From assembly GCA_964270895.1 (NCBI GenBank), contig OZ185441.1: DNA of 64,000 nt. The stretch is one strand, 5' to 3'. A program made the position numbers and the translations under genes. The stretch's first letter is position 1. Each line of letters begins with the position of its first letter. Source of the DNA: Podarcis filfolensis (lineage: Eukaryota). The notes under the pieces were generated by a model. It had not been told where the DNA came from and did no database searches. It worked only from the letters and a program-made list of their open reading frames with translations. Shown piece by piece: positions 1-11,606 of this stretch.

Positions 1-2
1 AT

Positions 3-2066
3 ATTTTTCATATAACTGTAGAGATCCAAGACATGAATGATCATGCACCACACTTTGTAAATGGGGATATCAAGCTGGAGATAAGTGAATCCTCTTTAAA
101 AGGCACCACATTTCTCCTTGGACAAGCTGAAGATCCTGATCTTGGGGTGAATTCTCTCCAGAATTACCACCTTAGCACAAATCAGTATTTTATTCTGGAA
201 GTGAGAGAAATAGAAGATGGAAAGAAATATGCAGAATTAGTGTTGAATAAACAGTTGGATCGGGAAAGTGAAAGTAGTTTCCAATTAATGCTTACGGCGC
301 AGGATGGAGGGAAGCCTGCCAAAACTGGAACAGCCAAAATATGGATCACCGTCATTGATGCAAATGACAACCCACCAGTCTTCACACAAAAAGTATATGC
401 GGTCAAGCTGAAAGAAAATGCCCCCAAAGGGTCTTCAGTGGTCCAGGTGAAAGCCACAGATAGTGATGACGGTTCTTATGCTCAGATCAACTATAATTTT
501 AGTAACATCCCTGAAAGTGCTCGTCAAAAGTTCCACTTGGGTTCACAAGATGGGACAATAACACTTAAGGAGCCTCTGGACTTTGAGGAAACAGAAGGAT
601 ATGTGATGGCAGTAGAAGCAAGAGATGGAGGTGGATTAGCGGCTCACTGTAAAGTTGAAATTTCACTCCTAGATGAGAATGACAATGCCCCAGAAGTGAT
701 TCTTGCCTCTTTATCCAGCCCCATCCCTGAAGACTCTGCAGTAGGAACCCTGGTAGCCCTTATCAATGTAAATGATAGAGACTCTGGAGACAATGGGAAG
801 ATTGCTTGTGATTTACAACACAATTTGCCATTCAAGATGGTATCAGCCTCCAATAATTATTATAAGCTTCTCACAGATGCCCCCTTGGACAGAGAAAGAA
901 CTCCAGAGTACAATATCACAGTCACAGCCACAGACAAAGGCAACCCCCCTCTTTCCACATACAAAACCATCACATTGCAGATCTCTGACATCAATGACAA
1001 TTGCCCTGCCTTTGAGAAACCCTATTATACTGCCTATGTCCCAGAGAACAACCCTTCAGGCTCCTCCATTTTCAGGGTCAAAGCCTCCGACCCAGATGTG
1101 GACCAGAATGCTCAAGTCACCTACTCCATTCGCAACAGCATCACTGAGGGGCTGCCTCTCTCATCCTTCCTCTCCATTAATTCTGAGACTGGCACTATCT
1201 ATGCTCAGCGCTCCTTTGACTATGAGCAAGTCAGGGAGTTTCAAGTGGAGGTGAGGGCTGAAGATGGAGGCTCCCTCAGCAGCAATGCCACCGTGAGAGT
1301 GTGTATTCTGGACCAGAATGACCAAAGCCCTCAGATTCTTTACCCTTCTCCAGGAGTAGAGGGCTCCTCCTTGTTTGAGATGGTGCCTCGCTCAGCAGAG
1401 GAAGGTTATCTGGTGACAAAGGTGGTGGCTGTGGATGCTGACTCTGGACACAACGCTTGGCTCTCCTACTATCTGCTCCAGGCAACAGAACCTGGGCTGT
1501 TCTCAATTGGTTCCCACACTGGGGAGATCAGGACCTCACGGGCTTTTCTGGAAAGAGATGCTGTGAAGCAGAAGCTCATCATCTTAGTCAAGGATAATGG
1601 GCAGCCACCACTATCCGCTACCGTGAGTCTCAACCTGGTGTTTGCTGAGAACTTCCAGGAGGCACTTCCAGAAATTAGCCACCAGCCCAGTGACTCCGAG
1701 TATCAATCAGATCTGCAGTTCTTCTTGGTGCTGGCCTTAGCTTTGATTTCATTCTTATTCCTCCTGACAGTGATTCTGGCCATTCTCATGAAGATTCGGC
1801 GATCAGGGAACCCCAAATTCCTGCAGTGTTTTGCTCCTGTTCCCCATTCAAACAACACGGTCATTTTCCCACCAAACTATGAAGAAGGAACGTTGCCATA
1901 TTCGTATCAGCTGTGCTTATCGTCTGAGTCCAGGGTACAAGAGTTCACCTTTCCAACACCCAATCTTCAAACTGCAGAAAATATTTCATGCAACGCTAGG
2001 TCTGATGCACCTTTGACTGCTAATGGAGGCCATATCCTAATTTCTGAGATGGATAGAGCTGATATG
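3..2066 (+). CDS. PCDHGB: Protocadherin gamma-B-like variable exon V1 (5'-partial; end of EC1 through EC6, TM, variable cytoplasmic)
   Basis: Frame is open from position 3 (IFHITVEIQDMNDH). Cadherin motifs LDRE, DxNDN and AxDxG are present, as is the gamma-B-type TM/tail ([14 protein letters not shown]; [16 protein letters not shown]). Donor ATG|GTGAGT at 2066/2067, phase 0. Family-level symbol only; orthology cannot be assigned from sequence alone. Confidence 0.93.
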
Positions 2067-2754
2067 GTGAGTTGTTTTTAGCAGTACATGGTGAACTGAT
2101 TCTACATTCCCTGCATATCTATAGAGTACTAATATATTTTAAGCTCACTCATCTCGGAGAGTTTTCTTTTGAGCAGTATTTGCTACTACACAATTGGTGC
2201 AATTTTTTTTTTTGCTGAGATTGAATATTTGAAAGTATATTATAATAATCTGTTTACTCTTTCATCTTCGTATATACAGGTAATATAGCTTAATTAATTA
2301 TTTCATTCCCTCTTATTCCCTTTTGGATATTTGTATTCCCTTTACCCTCTTTCCTTAATCTTGATCTTCATGAATTCAGCTGAATGTCCCTATAGAACCA
2401 ACACAATGCTGCAAATGGTGGGGTCTCTTGGCATATGTAAGGGACGAGGTCCATGAAATTTGTAAGTCTGGAGACTTGCTTCAGTACTTTAGCTGAAATT
2501 TTGGAGGTCTTTACTGAATATTTTTTGTGCTTTGAATGTTACAGAGTAACAAGTGAGGTCTGGTTTCAGCCAGCTTTTTCCATAATATCCCATTCCTCCT
2601 CCTCCCCTGTTTTATATTTTTCTCCTCCAACAGGCATCGAGCATTGTGTTTCTACTGAGCATGCTTTGCTGTCTTTGGTCAGTTTGGGTTTTGCCGCCTT
2701 TTGTTTTTTTGTACTTCTGTAAAACTGGAGGTTCCCTCAAGACTACTGACACTC

Positions 2755-2865
2755 TTGGTCCATCAAGCTCAGTACTGTCCACACTAACTAGCAACAGCTC
2801 TCCAGGTCTTCAGACAGAAGACCTTCGCTTTCCTACCTCAAGATGCTTTTTGAACTGGAAGATCA
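2755..2865 (-). mobile_element. Degenerate squamate SINE-like fragment
   Basis: ggtccatcaagctcagtactgtccacactaactagcaacagctctccagg resembles from memory a common squamate SINE; it appears related to 33706-33830 in the opposite orientation. No database search was run. Confidence 0.5.
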
Positions 2866-3200
2866 CTAGCCCAAAGCTCACGCCTCGGCCTGTCATGAAT
2901 GAATGCATTGTGATAGTCACAGACCATAGCAATGTATTGAGAGTAATGAAAGGAAACTTTTAATATAAGGAAAGGCAAAGTGAATTAGCACTTCCATATA
3001 AAATCCACATACCCCAAGTTGACATAGGGAATGATACAAAACTATAAGGAAATTTAAATAATCTTAAACATAAGATATACCAGTACAACAAAATTAATCA
3101 TACAAGAATAATCTAGAGCATTGGACTATAAATTAAAATCCAGTCAGTCAAATAAGTGTAATTATTCCCTTTTCCAACTAATGTCTTCTTTTGTGCCATA

Positions 3201-3442
3201 CAGTGGTACCTCAGGTTGAGAACATAATTCGTTCCGGAGGTCTGTTCCTAACCTGAAACTGTTCTTAACCTGAAGCACCACTTTAGCTAATAGGGCATCC
3301 TACTGCCGCTGTGCCGCCGCTGCACGATTTCTGTTCTCATCCTGAAGCAAGGTTCTTAAACCGAGGTAATATTTCTGGGTTAGCAGAGTCTGTAACCTGA
3401 AGCGTATGTAACCTGAAGCATCTGTAACCTGAGGTACCACTG
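3201..3442. mobile_element. Tc1/mariner (pogo/Tigger-like) MITE, 242 bp
   Basis: Perfect 17-bp terminal inverted repeats CAGTGGTACCTCAGGTT (3201-3217) and AACCTGAGGTACCACTG (3426-3442), TA duplication on both sides (3199-3200, 3443-3444), internal TAACCTGAA repeats, no ORF. Confidence 0.9.
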
Positions 3443-4151
3443 TAATTTCTACAGCTGGTATAAATGTGACATGCTTTTTGAAGTTCAGGGGACTCAATCA
3501 CAGATAAAGACAAACAGATAAAGACAAAAACCAAAGAAAGTTGGGACTGATAGATCTCTATCTTTGATGAATCAATAATTATCCCCACTATTTACTCATT
3601 TTGGGGTACAAATCCAGGGATTAGTTCAGTATTATTTCTTCTGAAATAGTTGTGCAATAGCTGCAATTCTTGATATGTCCTTTATAGCAAATTTGCTTCC
3701 CATAGGATCTACATAATTCTCTGTTTAACATGGTGTAGCATATAGATTTTGTATAATATGTGGAATTGTATAATGTAGATACTATTTAGCTCTACTTGGG
3801 TCTAGAGCACTGGATACCACCCATGGTATCTAGTGTTTGAGAAGGGGAAACCTTTGTAGCACACAGTAAGTGAATCTAATATTGCCCATGAAATAATGCC
3901 ACGGGGGATCATTAAATCCTGGAAATGATATGTCAAGAAGGCACACTGATTTGTTCTTATCCATAAAATATAGGTGGGGGGAAACTAATGTGCTCTGGTG
4001 TTGGGATGGAGTAGGGAAAGGGGAGAAGGAATGCTGACTGAGGGATACATACCTGTCTTTCAAAGATTTGCTTTAGGATAACGTTGTAACTGCTAGTTGA
4101 CTTGAATATCACAAGGAGCCACAATGTCAGACCACAATGTCAGAAGTGACG

Positions 4152-4838
4152 ATACAAGTACTCTTGAACAAAACAGGTTATCTTGACCCATTTCAATCTG
4201 CTTTCAGGCCTTGGTTATGGGTCTGAATTGACCTTTGTCACTCTGATGGGTGATCTTTACTAGGAGAAGTACAGAGGAAGTATGATGCTGTTAACCTTAC
4301 CTGATTTCTCAGTGGCTTTTGACACAATTACCTTTATATCTTTCTGAACTGACTTAATGGGATGGGTACTGGAGACACTGTTTAACAATGGTTAAACAGA
4401 GTTGGTTTCTGAAAACAGCCTTGGGTGATTGTCTTTGAGCCCGCTGGCAGTTGTGCTGGTGGGTGCCATGGGGTACCATTTTGTCTTCAGTGCTGTTTGA
4501 CATCTACCAGTATATATGAAGCCTCTGGAGACAGTCATTGAGAAATTTGGGGCAATGTGTCATCAGCATGCTGATGATGCTGAGCTCTACTTCTCTGTAA
4601 CTTCTGAATCAGAAGCGGTTGTGCAAGCCCTGGACTAGTGCCTAGGCTTAGTGTTCAGCTGAATGATGGCCAACAAAACTCTGAATCCTGGCAAGACAGA
4701 GGAGCTTGGAGTGGGTCTCCCTGAGGCTGGATAACTGGTCAGTTGTTTGCTTTGGATGGGGTCCTCCTGAAAGAGCAGGTTCATAGTCTGGGAGTGCTAC
4801 TATATCAATATTTGTCACTAGAGGCCCAGGTGACCAGA
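4152..4838 (+). mobile_element. Decayed L2-clade LINE reverse transcriptase fragment
   Basis: Frameshifted remnants translate to YLDPFQSAFRP, DFSVAFDTI and HQHADDAELYFS (degenerate YADD, 4561-4578). Confidence 0.75.
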
Positions 4839-5717
4839 ATTCTACAGTCAAGGAACCCTCCTGTCACCTGCTAACACCTTTTCTTTCTCAAAGCCAATGT
4901 TGTTGTTTTTTAGGAGGAACGAAGAAACTAACAAGAATAGGAGAGCAAAAGCTCTGGTTTCTAATCAAACACTAAAAAACCCTATCTGTGTTTGTTTTGT
5001 TTTCGTTTGACACACTTTGGTTTATGTTTGTGTTCTATAGGACAGCTGAGATCATTGTCAACTCATAGGTTTATTCTGAATTATTTGGGGAAAATATCCC
5101 TTCTAATAAAACTGAAAAAAGCAAGAGATCTGTGGTTGGGTAAACCTATCTGTTACACTTTGAGATTATATCTTTGGCATCAAAGCAGAAATCACAGATA
5201 TCAGCAACAATTGCCCATGTTTCTATCAGGGAAATGCAAAATAAGATCAATGGGATATCAATGCTGGGATATCAGTGCCGTAGTTCTAGTTTCCATTCAT
5301 TCTATGAAGCTTAGTTAAGTTTCTCTTTTAGTACAAATTATTTCCAGACAAAACAGTGCAACAATCACTGTAGTAAAACCCCTTAAAGTAAAAGCCACTG
5401 AAGAGGTAATTCAAAAAGAGAAAGGAAAAAAGAAATGCTGGCGCATTATTTGTGGAAGCAGATCCTTGTATACCAGGAAAATCGCACTTGGAGAAACACA
5501 GAATCATATCAGAGGAGGTTCCCACCCCAGTGCCAAGCCCTGCAGAAAAGAGAGTATCCCCAATATATGACTGTCCAGGCTCTGCTTGAATAACTGCAGC
5601 AAAGCAGCTCCATTGCTGAACAGCTCTTAGCATTGGGATGTTTCTCCTTCACATTCCAAAATATAATACCCAAACTGCTGTTCTATTTTCAACTACAGTA
5701 AATGAGAAAAAATCCCT

Positions 5718-5760
5718 TGTAGTTCTCCATCTGAGCCTCAGGGTGTCACTGTTGGCCAGT
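5718..5760 (+). promoter_or_regulatory. Pcdh promoter CSE / CTCF site of V2 (CACT core)
   Basis: tgtagttctccatctgagcctcagggtgtcactgttggccagt; core at 5747-5750, about 250 bp upstream of the ATG; homologous element precedes every complete exon. Confidence 0.85.
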
Positions 5761-5999
5761 GTGGCAGCCAGACTGATAAGAGAAAAGATCCACGCATGTG
5801 TTTCCTAAGGAGCAACTGTTTAATCATTGCAGCACATCACAAAGACAGAGCAATCCTGCTAGAAAGGAAAAGAAAATTCAACTACTTTCTATAAACATTA
5901 AGAAGAAAGGCAGCTTATTTTTCCTTATGGTGATCCTGCACCTTGATGGGGCTTTGATCTGATCTGCAAAAGGAAGCAGCTAATTTGTTGTAAAGCCAG

Positions 6000-8420
6000 A
6001 TGGACAGAAGACACGAAGACAATGGCAGAGCGTTCAGAAGGCAAGTACTGCTTCTCTTACTTTTGTCGCCTTCCTGCTGGGCTGCCTCAGAGCAGATTCG
6101 TTATTCTATCCCTGAGGAGATGGCAAAGGGTTCGATTGTGGGGAATCTGGCCAAGGATTTGGGACTGAATACAAGAGATCTTGCAAAGCGCAATCTGCAT
6201 GCTGTCTCTGTGAACAAAATGCAGTATTTCAGTATTAATGCAGAGAATGGAAACCTCTATGTAAGTGACAGAATAGATAGGGAGCAGCTATGTGACATAA
6301 CTCCCATTTGCGTAGTAAATTTTGAAGTGGTGGTTGAAAATCCCCTCAGTATCTTCCATTTAACTATAGCAATTCAGGACATTAATGATAATGCACCACT
6401 GTTTCCCAATGACAACATCAACTTGGAGACAAGTGAACTTACTGTACCAGGCGCACGATTTCTCCTTGGGAAAGCTGAAGATCCTGACATTGGGATGAAT
6501 TCCCTCCAGAATTACCAGTTGAGCACCAATCGGTACTTCACTTTGGAAGTTAGAGAAATGGAAGATGGAAGTAAAAATGCAGAACTGGTGTTGCAGAAAT
6601 CTTTGGATCGCGAAAGTGAGCACTCTCTTCACTTGATCCTTACAGCCTTGGATGGGGGGGAACCCAGAAAAACGGGGACTGCCCAGATATGGATTAATGT
6701 CACAGATGCCAATGACAACCCACCAGTTTTCACTCAAGAAGTGTACAAGGTCAGTGTGCATGAAGAAGCTCCTGTTGGGTCCTTTGTGCTCCAAGTTGTA
6801 GCCTCTGACAAAGATGATGGTTTAAACGCCCAGATCAGATATGAATTCAGCAACATTCCAGTGAATGGACAAAAGAAATTTGGCCTGGATCCAGTTGATG
6901 GCATAATCTCACTTCTGCAGATGTTGGATTTTGAGGAAACAAGAAGATATACTATGACAGCAGCAGCAAAGGATGGAGGTGGATTGGTGACACACTGCAA
7001 CATTGAAATAAATGTTCTTGATGGGAATGATAATGCCCCAGAAGTGACGTTAGCCTCCATATTCAGCCCTGTTCCTGAAGATTCGCTGCTGGGAACTGTC
7101 ATTGCTCTGATCAATGTAAATGACAAAGATAGTGGAGATAATGGAAAAGTTACTTGCTACTTACAAGATGATTTACCCTTCAAAATTCTTCCCTCATCTA
7201 ACAATTACTTCAAGCTCCAGACCGACAGTCCTTTGGATAGAGAAATAACTCCTGCATATAATATTACAATCACAGCCACTGATAGAGGAACTCCACCTCT
7301 TTCCACACACAAAACAATCTCACTACAGATCTCAGATATTAATGATAATGCCCCTGCTTTTCAGAGATCAACCTACAGCATCTATGTGCCAGAAAACAAT
7401 CCTTCAGGTGCCTCCATTTTCACCATCAAAGCCTCTGATCCCGATATGGACCAGAACTCACGGATCACATACTCCATCCTCAACAGCAACATCGAGGAGC
7501 TTCCCATCTCCTCCTATATCTCCATTAATTTTGAGACTGGCACCATCTATGCCCAGAGATCCTTTGACTATGAACAATTCAGAGAGTTCCGGCTGCAAGT
7601 GAAGGCCCAAGATGGGGGTTCTCCCCCTCTCAGCAGCAATGTGAGCGTCAGGGTGTTTGTTCTTGACAGGAATGATAACAGCCCTCGTATCCTGTCCCCC
7701 TCACAAGAAGCCAAGGGCTCAGCCTTGTTTGAGATGGTGCCTCGTTCGGCCGAGGCAGATTATCTTGTCACCAAGGTGGTGGCCGTGGATGCAGATTCTG
7801 GACACAACGCCTGGCTCTCCTACCACCTGACTCAGGCCACTGAGCCGGCACTCTTCACGGTTGGTTCTCATACTGGAGAGATCAGGACAGCCAGGGCCTT
7901 TGTGGAGAGAGACGCTGTGAAACAGAGACTGGTCATTATGGTGAAGGATAACGGGCAGCCGTCTCTCTCGGCCACCATGACTCTGAACCTGGTGTTTGCT
8001 GAGAACTTCCAGGAGGCCCTTCCAGAAATGAAGAGCCAACCCAGCAGCTCGGAGTATCAGTCTGACCTGCAGTTCTACTTGGTGCTGGCCTTAGCTGTCA
8101 TCTCCTTCTTGTTCCTCTTGACTGTGATTCTGGCCGTTACAATGAAGCTCCGTCATTCAGGGCATCCCAGGTTCCTACAGTGCTTTGGTCCTGTTCCCCA
8201 TTCCAAGAATGGTGCCATCTTCCCACCCAACTTTGAAGATGGGACTTTGCCCTATTCCTACCAGCTGTGTCTGTCTTCTGAGTCCAGGAAGAATGAGTTT
8301 ACCTTCCTGACACCAAATATACAGATTGCAGAGAATATTCTTAGCAGTGAGAAACCTGATGTGCCTTTTACAGGCAACAGTGGAAACAATTTTCATTCTG
8401 AAAAGGCTAAGGATGAAGAG
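6000..8420 (+). CDS. PCDHGB: Protocadherin gamma-B-like variable exon V2 (807 codons)
   Basis: Signal peptide, [10 protein letters not shown] start of EC1, EC1 Cx5C, six cadherin repeats, [18 protein letters not shown]. Donor GAG|GTAAGC at 8420/8421, phase 0. Confidence 0.95.
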
Positions 8421-8509
8421 GTAAGCTTTATGCTTAGGAAATATTTGTATTGTCCTTTTGATACCCTTCCCCACATTTTTTTAGCAGTTATGGAATAAGA
8501 GGAGATTGG

Positions 8510-9540
8510 TAAGTGGAGTGTAATGAAAAAGTGACGATTCTTCTTATGGAGAGATGTAGAAGGTATAACCTCCAAGAATCAGTATTGAGCTTTTAAACTT
8601 GTTCATAAATGATCTAAAATTAGGAGTGAGCCATGATGTAGCCAGGTTTGCTAATTCCAAATAGTTCAGAGTGGTTAAAACAAGAAGGGGTTGCAAAGAG
8701 CTCGCAAAGGATCTCTCCAAACCACACCGAGTGAATAGGCAGTAAGATGGCAAATGCAATTTAATGTGAACAAGTGTAAAGTGGGCCAAAAGAACTGTTG
8801 TTTCACATATATGCTCATGGAGACTAAACAGGAATGAGACCTTGGGGTCATAGCGAACAGTTTGATGAAGATGTTGACATAGCATGAGGCAGCTGTGAAA
8901 AAAAGAAAATAAATTTTGGAATACTGTGTATAATTCTGGTCAACTTACCTAAAGACAGGTAAGGTGGAGCTGGAACATATGAACCAAAATTGGCAAAGGG
9001 ATGGAGCCATTCACCCTTTTAGTTTACTTAGCTACAGCTTACAGAAAAGGCAATTAAGTGAAGACATGGTATTGGTGTATATAATTATGCGTTGTATGGA
9101 AAGTGTGGATGGATAAGTGCCCCCTTCCCCACATAACAGTAAAACTAAGACACATCCAATGAAGCTGAATGTTGGAAGATTCAGGGCAGACAGCAGAAAA
9201 TACTTCTTCACACAGCACTGAGTTAAACTGCGGAGTTTGTTCCCATGAGAGGTAGTGATGCCCAATAACCTGGGTGGTTTTAAAAGAGAAATGGACACAT
9301 TCATGTACAACATTATTTCATGGCCTGCTAGCAATGGTGTCTAGGTTCTATCTCCATAGTTAGAGACAGTATGTCTCTGAATACCAGTTGTGGGGAATCA
9401 GAAGTGAGGAGAGTGCTGTTGCACTCAGGTCCCACTTTTGGGCTTCCTGTAGGCAACCAGTTAACCGCAAGGAAAATAATATTCTGAACTAAATACGACA
9501 CTGGCCTGATCCAACATGCTCTTCTTATATTTTTATGTTA
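8510..9540 (+). mobile_element. Decayed, internally deleted CR1 LINE 3' portion
   Basis: Remnants of RT motifs (PQGSVL, NLFINDL, WQMQFNVNKCK), the ORF2 end (KLNVGRFRAD..KYFFTQ) and a CR1-type 3' end ggcctgatcc...cttcttatatttttatg. Confidence 0.8.
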
Positions 9541-11307
9541 ATCATGTGCTTCTAATTTATTCTATTTACAGAAGTTCTGTTAGCAAGTGAAGAGACTGTG
9601 GATTTGTCTCTATTTTTTGTCATAGCTATGTTTTGTGTAGATGTCAAGTTTCTGAGGCTAAGAGTTTGGGGCTGAATTCAGCCAAGGAGGTGTGCCAAAT
9701 GCAGGAGGTCTGAATGTGCACACACAGAAATGTTGAGGATGGGACTTGTGTGTGCACCTGCAAACACAAGCATGCACATATATCGTCCCAAACACCTGTG
9801 ATTTTGGTGAAGACTAAGAGCTGTTCCAAAATAGTTACTTTTGTGTTTAATCTTTCTTCCAGTGTAGAAGGAGCTGCATTATATTGCTCAGCTCTCTATC
9901 CTGAGAAAGCTTTTAAATGAAGGCCCCATTCACTGAACGAAGCAATATGTGCATGCACTGTAAAGGTTCTATTTCTGAGGAAGACACACACACTTGAACT
10001 ATGTCACCATATTGTTCAGAATTTCATCAAAAGAATACAATACTGATCTGGAAGTTCAGAAAATAAACACGGATCTTCTAGTCCTCCTCTGAATGTACCA
10101 ATTTACAATGCAAGGGATTAAAACATATATTGCATGCTTTCCTCTTCTACTCATAATAATGTGTTCACATCGGAGCCAAATCTTCTAGACTACATTTTCC
10201 TTCTCTCTACATCATGGGAAGAGTATAGTAAGTGATTTTACAGGACATGTAGGTAGCCATAGCAGTGCTAGATGATGCCTTGTCAAGTGCTGCTTTAGTA
10301 TTCCACAACGTAATCTAGCATTCCACTGTTTAGCATTCTAACCGTGATATTTTATTGATGTGACTCTTACCTTTGTACAATAGACCACATTTCAACCATG
10401 TAAAATTCAGAGGTTTTAATATCTCCACTTCTATAGATCTGTGACTCCTCCAGCCAGGCAAGCAGCAGTATCCTAGTTCAAGGACACATTGCAGCCAGCA
10501 AAAGCTCTTGAGGAGGGCATGGAAGAAGGCCAGTGAGGGGTTGAGGGGTGTGATCTGGGAAGGGAGGGAAGCCTACGGAAAGCCTGAGGGGTGGGGAGAG
10601 AGGACTCACGTTCCCAAGAAAAACTGTAGCATGATCTTGAGTGAGCATTGTACTTTTAGTGCTGTTCTCATTATATGACTGAGTTGCATAAGTTAAGTAA
10701 TGCCTTAAGAGAAGAAAAAGAACTTGCCAAACATTAGGAATTTCTCCAGGTATCCAGAATCACTCACATCACTGTCAACTAACACAGCTACATACATAAC
10801 TGATTAAGTGCATCAACTGGCAAATAGGTGAGGAGACGACTGCCAGCAAGACAGTTGGTACAATAGAAAGTAGAACTGTGGTACCTTAGAGGGGAAATTT
10901 TGTGTGACACAGAGATTCCAAAGGCCTTATTGCACATTTTGGGAAAATAACTTTTAAACTCAGAATTCATTAGGTCTGAGAACCACTTCCTGTGATTAAA
11001 TATTTTGACACATACCTATGTGGATGAACAGTTTCTAACTGTCAGAAAAATACGATTACACAACTGTACTATCAGACAGGGACACTAATCAGTCAGTTCA
11101 GTTTCTCTGAAGCGCACCCCCATGAGCAATGCCAAATGTGCTGCTACGAAAGTGAGTTGTTGCTTATCCTAATGTAAAACACAGAGACCAAACTCTAATT
11201 TTTTTACCATACCACAAAAGATTCTCTACCTGAGAATTATTGTACGTAAGATTAAAAATGGCAAGAAATCCCTTGTATGTTATTTACTTAAAAGAGAAGA
11301 GACATCT

Positions 11308-11350
11308 TGCAGTTCCCCATCTAAGACTCAGAGTGTCACTGTTGGCCAAT
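11308..11350 (+). promoter_or_regulatory. CSE / CTCF site of V3 (CACT core)
   Basis: tgcagttccccatctaagactcagagtgtcactgttggccaat; core 11337-11340; upstream TGCAG module and downstream CCAAT. Confidence 0.85.
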
Positions 11351-11606
11351 ATAGTTCTCATAGAGGAGTGTAGAATCCACTACCAGATGCTTTTGCAATT
11401 TGATTGCTCATGAACAAACTACAGAGCTGGGAAACAGCAGAACACAGGAACAAAACCACTGCAAAGTATAGAAATCCAGCAGCAGCAGCTACTGACTTCG
11501 TTCATGATTCTTTATTGAACACTTCTACAGAGTGAATGGAATTTAATACGCCTCAATTTAACTAATCACAGAAAGAAAGGATAAAGCACATTTCTCTGCA
11601 AGAGTG

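Noticed and set aside
10537-10568. G-run cluster (GGGG-GGGG-GGG-GGG-GGG), potential G-quadruplex
   Set aside because: Single unconserved occurrence with one long loop, far from the CSE; no supporting context.
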